Shown here piece by piece: positions 1-8,595 of a DNA stretch of 43,545 bases (position 1 is its first letter; each line of letters opens with the position of its first letter). Made by a program: the position numbers and the translations under genes. Location: positions 1-43,545 of the forward strand of contig CAZXDS010000002.1 in NCBI GenBank assembly GCA_964639525.1, written 5' to 3'. Origin of the DNA: an uncultured Melioribacteraceae bacterium. Its GTDB lineage: Bacteria; Bacteroidota; Ignavibacteria; Ignavibacteriales; Melioribacteraceae. The notes below the pieces were generated by a model, which saw nothing but the letters and a program-made list of their open reading frames with translations, was not told the DNA's origin and did no database searches.

Positions 1-37
1 GGCAAACTCCTCAATGTAAATTGCACTAATAATGTTG

Positions 38-125
38 TCAACTGCGATAGCAGTTGAATTCTTAATAACTATGGACGCAGTCCATAGTTTGTTTCTAAAA
101 CATATCCGAACTGCGAAAGCAGTTC
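38..125. repeat. Three closely spaced perfect hairpins (H1 38-57, H2 67-89, H3 108-125), function unknown
   Basis: Read directly: TCAACTGC-GATA-GCAGTTGA; AACTATGGAC-GCA-GTCCATAGTT; GAACTGC-GAAA-GCAGTTC. H1 and H3 share the core AACTGCGANAGCAGTT and start 70 nt apart. Confidence 0.5.
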
Positions 126-488
126 AATTAACTGTTTTTATATTCTACGGACAGATTGAAATAATCCTATATTGCTTGTCTCTAATAATTTTTAATAGTT
201 GTTCTTTTTACCGAATAAGCTTTTGTTCCTTTTTATTCACTTGTATTGTTCCAGTAAATTCGTGGTAGTACCATTAATAATTTTGTAATTTACTTACGAC
301 TTAAGTTGTGGGGAAATAAGAAATTACGAGTTTCATTTACCGTTTTAACGGTTCTTTTAAACAAATTTGTCAAGAGTATTTGATTCTGAATCAATGTACT
401 GGTTCTCTCTGAATTCCTGACTGACTCAGCTATTTAGTAAGTATATTTAATCTTTACTATATTTGAATCTTAAATTTTTGAGGAATAA

Positions 489-1556
489 ATGAAGTTTATT
501 GAGAAATTACAAGGATTAAAAGATAAATACGAAAGTATAAACCAGAGACTTTCGGATCCTGAAATTGTATCCGATCAGGCAAAATTGATTAAGTTAAGCA
601 AGGAAAGAAGCGAGCTTAATCCCATTATTGCAGCTTACGATGAGTATTTTGAAGTGATTAAAAATATTAAGGGCAACGAAGAAATAATGAGTTCGGATGA
701 AAAAGAACTTGCCGAGCTCGCCGAGATGGAATTGGAAGAATTAAAAGAACGAAAAAGCAACCTCGAAGAAAAAATTAAAGTTTTGCTTATCCCCAAAGAT
801 CCAAACGATGATAAAAACGTCATTGTTGAAATTCGTGCAGGAACGGGAGGCGATGAAGCCGGAATATTTGCTTACGATCTTTTAAGAATGTACACCCGCT
901 ACATTGAGCTGCGCGGTTGGAAACAGGAAATGATTGATGCTAACGAATCAGGGATGGGCGGAATTAAAGAAGCTGTGTTTAGTCTTTCCGGTCAAGGTGT
1001 TTATGGCGATATGAAATTTGAAAGTGGCGTACATCGTGTTCAGAGAGTGCCTACAACCGAATCAAGCGGTCGAGTACATACTTCGGCGGCATCCGTTGCC
1101 GTTATACCTGAAGTTGAAGATGTTCAGGTTGACATTGCGCAAAAGGATATCAGAATTGATGTTTACCACAGTGGAGGCGCCGGCGGGCAAAATGTTAATA
1201 AAGTCGAAACGGCAATTAGAATAACTCACTTGCCGACAGGAATTGTAGTTCAATGCCAAGATGAGCGGTCACAGTTAAAAAATCGTATTAAAGCAATGAA
1301 AGTTTTAAAGGCAAGAATTTTTGATAAGATGGTACAAGAGCAAACTGATGAAATTTCTGCAACTCGACGTACTATGGTAAAAAGTGGTGATAGAAGCGAC
1401 AAAATTCGCACTTACAATTACCCGCAAAATCGTGTTACTGACCACCGGATTGGCCTTACTCTTTATAATTTATCCAATATTATGGAGGGAGACTTAAATG
1501 AATTAATTGAAAAATTGAAAATCGCTGACCGAACGGAAAAACTGAAGCAATTTTAA
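489..1556 (+). CDS. prfA: Peptide chain release factor 1
   Basis: 355-aa ORF. GGQ motif in HSGGAGGQNVNKVETA. RF1-type P-x-T region RVQRVPTTESSGRVHTS. GAGGA lies 4 nt upstream of the ATG. Confidence 0.95.
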   Translation: MKFIEKLQGLKDKYESINQRLSDPEIVSDQAKLIKLSKERSELNPIIAAYDEYFEVIKNIKGNEEIMSSDEKELAELAEMELEELKERKSNLEEKIKVLLIPKDPNDDKNVIVEIRAGTGGDEAGIFAYDLLRMYTRYIELRGWKQEMIDANESGMGGIKEAVFSLSGQGVYGDMKFESGVHRVQRVPTTESSGRVHTSAASVAVIPEVEDVQVDIAQKDIRIDVYHSGGAGGQNVNKVETAIRITHLPTGIVVQCQDERSQLKNRIKAMKVLKARIFDKMVQEQTDEISATRRTMVKSGDRSDKIRTYNYPQNRVTDHRIGLTLYNLSNIMEGDLNELIEKLKIADRTEKLKQF

Positions 1557-1559
1557 ATC

Positions 1560-2822
1560 ATGAAAAAAATCTTATTTATCACATTTTATTGGCCGCCTTC
1601 CGGAAAAGCTTCAATGCACTGGCCTTTGAAAATGATAAAATACCTCCCGCAATTCGGATGGCAGCCAACTGTACTTACGGTAAATAAAGACACCTTTTCA
1701 GAAGAAGACAGCAGTTTTGAAAATGAATTGCCCAAAACTTTGCAGGTAATTAGAACTCACTTTTGGGACCCGTTTGTTCTTTACAAAAAATTTCTCGGAA
1801 AGTCACCCGACGACAAATTAGTGGCTTCGGAAGCTTTGACAAAAACTGATAAAAGTCTTACACAAAGAATTTCAATTTGGATAAGAATGAATTTGTTTAT
1901 TCCCGATGCGAGGATGGGCTGGTATTTCCCGGGAGTTTCCGAAGCACGCAAGATATTGGGAAATGAAAAATTTGATGCCATTTTAACAAATGGTCCGCCA
2001 CACACAACTCATTTGCTCGGGAAAAAATTAAGCAAGGAATTTAAACTTCCTATGGTTTCAGTGTTCATCGATCCGTGGGTAGATATTTCATATTATAAAA
2101 ATCAAAAAAGAAATTTTTTAACATTAAAATTAGATAATTATCTTGAAAAGTCTGTTGTGAATTCTGCTTCTAAATTAGTATTTGTTACAAAAGGACTTAT
2201 CAAATATTTTATCAAAAAATATCCGTCCCTTAAGGGAAAGGAAAACTTGCTCTATTGGGGGTATAATGAAGAAGATTTTATAAATATAAACGGTTGTTCT
2301 GATTCAGCTAATGATGAAAAAATTATTCTACATGCCGGAAATATTTTTGATTACCAAAACCCTAAAAATTTTTGGCTAACAATTAAAAAAGAAATTGACG
2401 GTGGGGCAAAGTTAAAAATAAAATTTGTTGGAACTGTTGGTCCGAAAATTAAATCTGAAATTATAAACAACGGATTGGAACAGTTCACTGAGTACTTGGG
2501 GTTTTTGCCTTACAAAGAAGTAATAATAGAAATGTGCAAAGCCGACTACTTGTTAGTATGTGCAACGGAACCGCGTCACGTTCCGGGTAAATTATTTGAA
2601 TATATGAGAACAGGAAATACGATTATCGCTTTCGGTGATGGCAACGAGGAAGTAAAAGAAATTTTGCAGAAAACTAATTCGGGAATGTTATTTAATTATC
2701 AAGACTCCGCAATCGAAATTTTTACCAAAAGTGATTCACTAAAAACAAATTTAGAGGAAGTTAAAAAATTTGATAGAAAAGTAATTGCAGAAAAATTGGC
2801 TGCAACATTAAATGAACTATAA
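1560..2822 (+). CDS. Glycosyltransferase (GT-B fold, group-1-like)
   Basis: 420-aa ORF starting 4 nt after the prfA stop. N-terminus MKKILFITFYWPPSGKAS and C-terminal PGKLFEYMRTGNTIIAFG resemble GT4/GT1-type enzymes. Family assigned by eye only. Confidence 0.6.
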   Translation: MKKILFITFYWPPSGKASMHWPLKMIKYLPQFGWQPTVLTVNKDTFSEEDSSFENELPKTLQVIRTHFWDPFVLYKKFLGKSPDDKLVASEALTKTDKSLTQRISIWIRMNLFIPDARMGWYFPGVSEARKILGNEKFDAILTNGPPHTTHLLGKKLSKEFKLPMVSVFIDPWVDISYYKNQKRNFLTLKLDNYLEKSVVNSASKLVFVTKGLIKYFIKKYPSLKGKENLLYWGYNEEDFININGCSDSANDEKIILHAGNIFDYQNPKNFWLTIKKEIDGGAKLKIKFVGTVGPKIKSEIINNGLEQFTEYLGFLPYKEVIIEMCKADYLLVCATEPRHVPGKLFEYMRTGNTIIAFGDGNEEVKEILQKTNSGMLFNYQDSAIEIFTKSDSLKTNLEEVKKFDRKVIAEKLAATLNEL

Positions 2823-2838
2823 AGGGAATATAAATTTA

Positions 2839-3489
2839 TCAGACATTTTTTTCTTTTATAGAGTAAACATCCCATAAAAATTTGAAATCGAACAATACCG
2901 CTATTCTGTAGCAACCATAAGCAAAAAACGGGGCGGCTATAACATCAACGCTGTAATGCGTATGTTGGATTAGTACTGCAACGCCTACAAGAAAAACACC
3001 GGCAAGAAAAATGTATCTCAATTTTTTCGTTGGTGCGGTTAAAAACAGCATAAACATAGTTGCAGTGTGTCCTGAAAAAAACAAATCTCTCATCAAAATT
3101 TTACCACTGCCGAAAAGTTGAACAAGCGGATCTACAAGCGGAATAGTATGCGGTGTTGGGTTTAATGGAAGAGAATACATCGCAATAATTCTGATAAAAA
3201 TTATTAAGGCATAAGTTTGTATTGCAATTAAAAAGTGTTTCGGATATTGAAGCAAATTAACTATTCCCAAAATAAGACCACCGTAGATAAGAGTAAAAGT
3301 AAACCAAGTAACATTTATCGGGTTAAACCAAGACAGGAAAGGATCCTCAAAGGAAACTCCGCTTCTGCTCTCATTAAAATTTAAGAAATTCGAATACGCT
3401 GATAATGCAACAATTAAAAGGATAAGCGAAATAATAAAAACCATATTAAACTTTTTATATTTAAATATTTCTTTCCACGCCGCTATCAT
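2839..3489 (-). CDS. PAP2_C / sphingomyelin-synthase-like phospho-headgroup transferase, polytopic membrane protein
   Basis: 216 aa with about 6 hydrophobic helices. RDLFFSGHTA matches the SMS D3 motif (..S-G-H-T). HTHYSVDVIAAPFFAY matches the D4 motif (H-Y-[ST]-x-D-V). The start overlaps the upstream stop as ATGA. Confidence 0.65.
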   Translation of the reverse strand: MIAAWKEIFKYKKFNMVFIISLILLIVALSAYSNFLNFNESRSGVSFEDPFLSWFNPINVTWFTFTLIYGGLILGIVNLLQYPKHFLIAIQTYALIIFIRIIAMYSLPLNPTPHTIPLVDPLVQLFGSGKILMRDLFFSGHTATMFMLFLTAPTKKLRYIFLAGVFLVGVAVLIQHTHYSVDVIAAPFFAYGCYRIAVLFDFKFLWDVYSIKEKNV

Positions 3490-4217
3490 TTATCACCTTT
3501 GCCGGTATCATTCTTCTTTAATAGCGAAGCGGTAAACCCGAAATATTTTTCTCCACCTTGATTTAAATATACTTTAGCTTCGTGCCCGATTTTGTTTAAT
3601 AATTTTTTGTGGTAACTTTTTTCTTGTGCGGTCATTTCCCTTTTACCAATGTTGAGCATTGATAGAATACCTGAATAGTAGTCCTTTAATGTAAAGGTTA
3701 AGTTCAAACTATCTAAATATTCAAAATTTCTATCGGAATAATATTTTTTTAAGTTAGCCATTTCAGAAGGAAGAATGTTGGAATTATCGAAAATATTTTG
3801 AATAAATTTCGGTATAATTTCTACATTAGTTGTTATTTCACCCACGCACAAAAGTCCGCCTGGTTTTAATATGCGTTTTAGTTCTTTAATGATTTTGTTT
3901 TTATTGCTTGCACTTATTGATGCCTGAGCATAAACCAAATCAAATGAATCACTATCAAAATCAGTAAATTCAAAATCCATTATTACTAATTTGACATTTG
4001 GATTCTCATTTAATCTGAGTTTGGAATTTATCAGGGAATCGTAATCCTCAACAATAACATTAACTGTCATCTCGGATTCTGAGGCAAGCAGTGCCGCAAT
4101 AGCTTCGCTTTCGGAGCCTACAACAAGAATATTTTTATTGTTCAGTTCAATTCTACTTACAAGAAATTTGTATTGCGCGTCAAGACCAGGCAATAATGGT
4201 TTGAAATTTTCAATCAT
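3486..4217 (-). CDS. Class I SAM-dependent methyltransferase
   Basis: 243 aa. Motif I-like ILVVGSESEAIAALLA, an acidic residue after beta-2 (VIVEDYD), and post-I/II motifs DLVYAQASI and LKPGGLLCV. Confidence 0.7.
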   Translation of the reverse strand: MIENFKPLLPGLDAQYKFLVSRIELNNKNILVVGSESEAIAALLASESEMTVNVIVEDYDSLINSKLRLNENPNVKLVIMDFEFTDFDSDSFDLVYAQASISASNKNKIIKELKRILKPGGLLCVGEITTNVEIIPKFIQNIFDNSNILPSEMANLKKYYSDRNFEYLDSLNLTFTLKDYYSGILSMLNIGKREMTAQEKSYHKKLLNKIGHEAKVYLNQGGEKYFGFTASLLKKNDTGKGDK

Positions 4218-4340
4218 CAGTTTAACTTGTTTATTAAAATTGTTAATGTAAAATTAGTGATTTGTTTTATGTAACAACAACAGCCTGAATATTAAAGTCA
4301 TATTTAAATTGAGAGCTCTTAATAAAGTATTGTTTATATC

Positions 4341-4525
4341 CGGAAATTATGGGTGAACTATTAAAACCGTTGTCGCAGACCCGTATCGGGAAACGGTTGC
4401 AAATGTTCTAAGCTATCATTAACCGGTTTACCGGTTTTAAATTGCATAATTTAGCAAAAAATCTCCAAAGTTATTTGCGTAACTTGTTATTATAATTGAA
4501 GTTATTTTTTTACCCATAATTTATA
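4341..4525. mobile_element. Candidate 185-bp MITE-like insertion with a 9-bp flanking direct repeat
   Basis: The 11-bp inverted repeat AAATTATGGGT (4344-4354) / ACCCATAATTT (4512-4522) lies 3 nt inside identical 9-mers GTTTATATC at 4332-4340 and 4526-4534. Internal hairpins are AACCGTT..(CCCG-TAT-CGGG)..AACGGTT and AACCGGT-TT-ACCGGTT. Confidence 0.4.
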
Positions 4526-4540
4526 GTTTATATCAATATT

Positions 4541-5881
4541 TTACTGTCCCATCCTGTTACTTTTATTATTAAATCTATAAGCCAAAGTAACTGCAACCAA
4601 GGCAAGACTAACGGAAAGCCCGATCCAAACGCCGAAAGCTTTTAAATTAAAATGGAAACCGAGCAAATAGCCAAGTGGAATTCCAATAATCCAATATGAA
4701 ACAAATGTAATTAGTGTTGGAACTTTTGTATCTTTTAAGCCGCGTAAAATACCGAGTCCGGTTGCCTGGAGTCCGTCAAAGATTTGAAACAAAGCAGCAA
4801 GAATTAATAGACTCGAAGTAATTTTTATTACTTCAATATCTGAAATATATAATTCCGGCAGTAATTTTCTAAATGTAAGAAATACTAATGCGGAAATTGA
4901 CATAAATCCCATTGAAAGCAGCAGTGTAGAAAATCCCGCATGGCGTAAATCTTTTCTGCTGTTTTTACCAAGGCCAATAGCAACGCGAATTGTTCCGGCA
5001 GATGAGATGCCGAGAATAATCATATAAGTAATTGAAGCGAGATTCATTGCAATTTGGTGTGCTGCTAATTGAACTTTTCCCATCCAGCCAATCATTACAG
5101 CGGAAAATGCAAATGCAGCAACTTCAAAAAAATATTGAAATCCACTTGGCAAACCGATTGAAATTATTTTTCGTATAATTTGTTTATTAATTTTGTTTCT
5201 CCAAAACAAACGCAGATAATCTTTGTTCTTCACAGAAAAATGCACATACAAAATTATTGCAATTGCCATTCCGCTTCGTGTAAATAAAGTTGCGAAACCT
5301 GCACCGTTAAGTCCGAGTTTCGGCATTCCCAAATTTCCATAAATCAAAACCCAATTGATAAAAATATTTCCGATATTTGCTGCGAGAGCAATTATCATCG
5401 GTGGATTTACCATAGAAAGCCCTTCGAGATAATTACGGTAATTTTGAAAAAGCATCATTGGTAAAACCGACATTGCGAGTATTAGTAAGTAAGAACCGGC
5501 AAAGTTAGTAACATCAATCGCTTGGGAAAATACTTCCATATTTTGTGATATAAAATAAAGTGCAAGCGATATTATCGCCGAAAAACCAATTGAAACAATG
5601 AGTCCTTCCCGTAAAATTATTCCGCATTCCTCTTTGTTGTCGGCGCCACTTGAAATGGCAGTTAATGGTGTAACCGCTGAAGAAACTCCGTAACCAATAA
5701 CAAGGACAAGGAAAAAAAGACCGGTAACAAGTGAAGCGGCGGCGAGTGGTGCGGCACCAACACGCCCGACCATCATGCTGTCTTCAACTCCCATCATAAT
5801 ATGACCGAGCTGCCCAAGTGAAACGGGAGCCGCCAATTTAAATGTTCTTTTTATTTCGAATATAATTTTATTCTGCTGCAA
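4541..5881 (-). CDS. MATE family efflux transporter
   Basis: 446 aa with about 12 TM helices. The N-terminal LAAPVSLGQLGHIMMGVEDSMMVGRVGAAPLAAASL is typical of NorM/DinF-type MatE repeats. TTG start (no upstream in-frame ATG). Confidence 0.85.
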   Translation of the reverse strand: MQQNKIIFEIKRTFKLAAPVSLGQLGHIMMGVEDSMMVGRVGAAPLAAASLVTGLFFLVLVIGYGVSSAVTPLTAISSGADNKEECGIILREGLIVSIGFSAIISLALYFISQNMEVFSQAIDVTNFAGSYLLILAMSVLPMMLFQNYRNYLEGLSMVNPPMIIALAANIGNIFINWVLIYGNLGMPKLGLNGAGFATLFTRSGMAIAIILYVHFSVKNKDYLRLFWRNKINKQIIRKIISIGLPSGFQYFFEVAAFAFSAVMIGWMGKVQLAAHQIAMNLASITYMIILGISSAGTIRVAIGLGKNSRKDLRHAGFSTLLLSMGFMSISALVFLTFRKLLPELYISDIEVIKITSSLLILAALFQIFDGLQATGLGILRGLKDTKVPTLITFVSYWIIGIPLGYLLGFHFNLKAFGVWIGLSVSLALVAVTLAYRFNNKSNRMGQ

Positions 5882-6081
5882 GATTTGAAAGCTATTAATA
5901 TTGTCGGTTTTTGTTATCTGTAATTTTTACAAAAAGAATGTACATCAATATACAATATTCATAAATGCCGGCGCATAATAATTTTAATCAATTCGAAGTC
6001 AAAATTAAAACAAATATTAACAATTACTTGCAGCATTAAATGCAAATATTTCGGCAAAGACAGAATCCGGCTTTCGACTGA

Positions 6082-6142
6082 TTTTCCGATTAATTTTTTT
6101 TTACACTAAAAATTGTAGAACCGACTTTCCTCGCAGAGTTCT
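6082..6142 (+). repeat. Repeat unit 1: 48-bp direct repeat ending in a degenerate GTAG-headed palindrome (REP-like)
   Basis: 6082-6129 matches 6215-6262 at about 44/48 positions. GTAG is at 6115-6118, followed by AGAAC..GTTCT (a weak 5-bp stem). Confidence 0.6.
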
Positions 6143-6214
6143 GTGAATAGCAGCAATTCGGGGGCAAAATTAAAATCAAATAGAATAATGATTTATAACG
6201 ATAATAAAAAATAT

Positions 6215-6272
6215 TTTTCCGGTTAATTTTTTTTAATACTGAAAATTGTAGAACCGACTTTCTAGTCGGTTC
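6215..6272 (+). repeat. Repeat unit 2: 48-bp direct repeat ending in a perfect GTAG-headed palindrome (REP-like)
   Basis: GTAG at 6248-6251. Hairpin GAACCGACT-TTCT-AGTCGGTTC at 6251-6272 (9-bp perfect stem). Confidence 0.65.
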
Positions 6273-6338
6273 ATCTTTCAATGTCTTAAAATATTTAATT
6301 TTCTTACGTTTTTCCAAGTTTTCTCTACATTTAGCCAG

Positions 6339-6363
6339 GAACAAACTGGAAAGTTTGTTCTAC
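6339..6363 (-). repeat. Inverted GTAG-headed palindrome (REP-like), paired with the 6248-6272 copy
   Basis: GAACAAACT-GGAA-AGTTTGTTC followed by TAC. On the minus strand this reads GTAG-AACAAACT-TTCC-AGTTTGTTC. It has the same architecture as 6248-6272, with the stem changed CG to AA on both arms. Confidence 0.6.
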
Positions 6364-6613
6364 AACAACAATTTAATATTGAAAATTGTATTATTTGACT
6401 CTGAATCGCTGATAATTTATAATGTTATTTTCTTTGTTTTTTATCTTTAATTTCCCTGATGCAGTTTAGTATATTCTATTTGTCGTAATATCAATGAATT
6501 AAATGTAAAATATTAAAATAGTTCACTATGATAATACTACTCTTTTTTTTATTTTATAAAAAAAATATTTCACTTTTTTCACTTTAGTAAACTTTTTAAA
6601 AAAGGAGTTTGTA

Positions 6614-8509
6614 ATGAGTATCTTTTCATCAAAATCGCAGGAAGAAGTAGAACGATTAATTGAAGAAAATGATGAATTAAAAAATCGTTTGCACGTTCTC
6701 CTTCAAAAACAAAAGACTCAGGAAGAATTTGAAGGCAAACTTGCTGAAGCGAGGCAGGAGCTTTCAGAAATTTCATTTGAAGAACGGGATTTGGAAACCA
6801 AGAAAAGACATTTAATAAGTGATGTTGAAGAGAAAACGGATGAGCTTAAAACCTTAAATGAAAAAATTCATGAATTGGAAGAAATTTGGGAAAATCTAGA
6901 AAAGTCAATGAATTCAAGCGACAAGGAAATTGAAATTGCAAAAGAAGATCATCAAAAAATTATTTCTGAAAATGAAAAACTTGAAAATGATTTGGAGCAA
7001 AACAGAACGCAGTTGGAAGAATTAGAAATAAAAAATAAGGAAAATCAGGAAAAACAAGAATCGTTAATTAAAGAGATAGAGGAATTAGAATCTAAACACA
7101 GCGACCTTATTGATGCCGAAAACCGAAACAATGAGTTGCGAATTGAGAATGAATCTCTTGAAGAGAGTATAAAACAAATAAAGTTAGAAATTGAAAATTT
7201 TTCGAGCAAGGAAGAAAATTTTAGAACTAAATTTGAAGAAACCTCAATATTGCTTGCTGATAAAGAGGCTGAATTAAGTAAACTTGAAGAAAAAATTTCA
7301 ATGAGCGATGAAGTTAAGTCCAACCTCGAAAACAGCCTTTCTTCATTAGTTGCGGAGCTTACTGAAAAGGATAAAACTTTTACAGAATATTCAAACAAAA
7401 AGGAAAAATTAAACGAGGAAATAATTGAAAAACGCAAACAGTTGTCAGAGCTTGAAAATAAGTATAAATTTACTGATGAACAGCTTGCCGATTTGAAAAC
7501 TCAAATAGTTGAGTCTGAAAATGAAAAAAAAGAGATTAATGATGAAATAAGGAAATTTGAACTTCTTAAGAATGAACTTCATAATAGTACTTTGGATATG
7601 AGGAATGACGAGGAAGAGTTAAAAGCAAAATTAAATGATTTGCTTGTAAAAATTAAAGATAGCGAAAGCAGAAAATTTCAGATTGAAGAAAGTCAATTAA
7701 ATGCTGAGAAAAACTTTTCGGAAACGCTTCAAAAGTTTAGTGAGGAAATAAACGAGGCAAAAGAAAACTTAAATGCCATTAAAGAAAATTATCTTCAAAA
7801 GGAAAAAGAATTAACGGAAAAAGAGCACGAACTTACTGAAAAAACAGCCCAAATAGTAGAATATACCGGATTATTAAAGGTTATGAGCAAAGACCAGGAA
7901 GCGACTCAAAAAATAGTGGTTTCTTTGAAAAATGACCAAAATGAGCTAAAAGAAAATATCGTTGAATTAAAAAACAAAGAATCCAAAATAAAATCTGACA
8001 GTCGAAAAATTATTTCTGATATTGAAGTGTTGCAGATAAAGAAAAGTGAAATTGAAAAGGAAATAGTATCTTTGCTGGAAAAGGCAAGCGCGGATTATTC
8101 AGAAACTCAAACTAAAAAGGATGATGTTTTTGGTGAAGTAAAAATGGCAGGAAATAAACTTACTGAATTAAAGGAAGAAATTTCTTCGGTGAAAAACGAG
8201 ATAAGAATCTTGAATGAAGATGTTGCAAAATCTACGGTAACAAAAGAGAAAAATACTGCCCAAATTTCTCAATTGGTTGTTTTAGAAAAATCTTTGAAAT
8301 CCAAAATTGAAGACTACAGAAAAGAGATGGAAGTTTTGGGAATTGATGATAGGGAGAATTTGCAAAAAAATGAAAACGAAATGAAACCCGCCGCCATAAA
8401 TAATGAAAAATATTCTGCCGAAGATGACAAAATTGCAGATGAGGAAGTTAAGACTTTGAACGAAACGGAAGTTAAAAAGGAGGATGATGAAAGTGAAAAC
8501 AATAAATAA
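6614..8509 (+). CDS. Long coiled-coil-rich protein (E/K/L/N-rich, no TM helix and no recognisable catalytic motif)
   Basis: 631-aa ORF with a strong SD (AAAGGAG, 7 nt upstream). Heptad-like charged composition runs throughout. No Walker A motif seen. Confidence 0.7.
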   Translation: MSIFSSKSQEEVERLIEENDELKNRLHVLLQKQKTQEEFEGKLAEARQELSEISFEERDLETKKRHLISDVEEKTDELKTLNEKIHELEEIWENLEKSMNSSDKEIEIAKEDHQKIISENEKLENDLEQNRTQLEELEIKNKENQEKQESLIKEIEELESKHSDLIDAENRNNELRIENESLEESIKQIKLEIENFSSKEENFRTKFEETSILLADKEAELSKLEEKISMSDEVKSNLENSLSSLVAELTEKDKTFTEYSNKKEKLNEEIIEKRKQLSELENKYKFTDEQLADLKTQIVESENEKKEINDEIRKFELLKNELHNSTLDMRNDEEELKAKLNDLLVKIKDSESRKFQIEESQLNAEKNFSETLQKFSEEINEAKENLNAIKENYLQKEKELTEKEHELTEKTAQIVEYTGLLKVMSKDQEATQKIVVSLKNDQNELKENIVELKNKESKIKSDSRKIISDIEVLQIKKSEIEKEIVSLLEKASADYSETQTKKDDVFGEVKMAGNKLTELKEEISSVKNEIRILNEDVAKSTVTKEKNTAQISQLVVLEKSLKSKIEDYRKEMEVLGIDDRENLQKNENEMKPAAINNEKYSAEDDKIADEEVKTLNETEVKKEDDESENNK

Positions 8510-8595
8510 AATAGAAAATTTTTTTGATGCTTTATTATTCAACTAATTTAATGTTCTGATTTATAGAGTATAAATTTTCTTCATAATTCATGTAT

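Noticed and set aside
38-125. Degenerate CRISPR repeats (H1 and H3 share a core and are 70 nt apart)
   Set aside because: Only about 16-21 nt are shared and only two copies are visible. An unrelated palindrome lies between them, and the window has no cas genes.
32-268. 78-aa plus-strand ORF at the window start
   Set aside because: Its composition is implausible (Cys/Phe/Ile-rich with no motifs), it has no RBS, and it spans the three-hairpin region. It is most likely non-coding.
6090-6344. 84-aa minus-strand ORF in the MATE/coiled-coil intergenic region
   Set aside because: It is built almost entirely from the REP-like repeats and T/A runs. It has no RBS and no protein-like features.
7045-7437. 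130-aa antisense ORF, plus other antisense ORFs at 635..823, 8282..8542, 8314..8502 and 17574..18074
   Set aside because: These are shadow ORFs on the opposite strand of well-supported genes with low-complexity or biased codon content. None has independent support.
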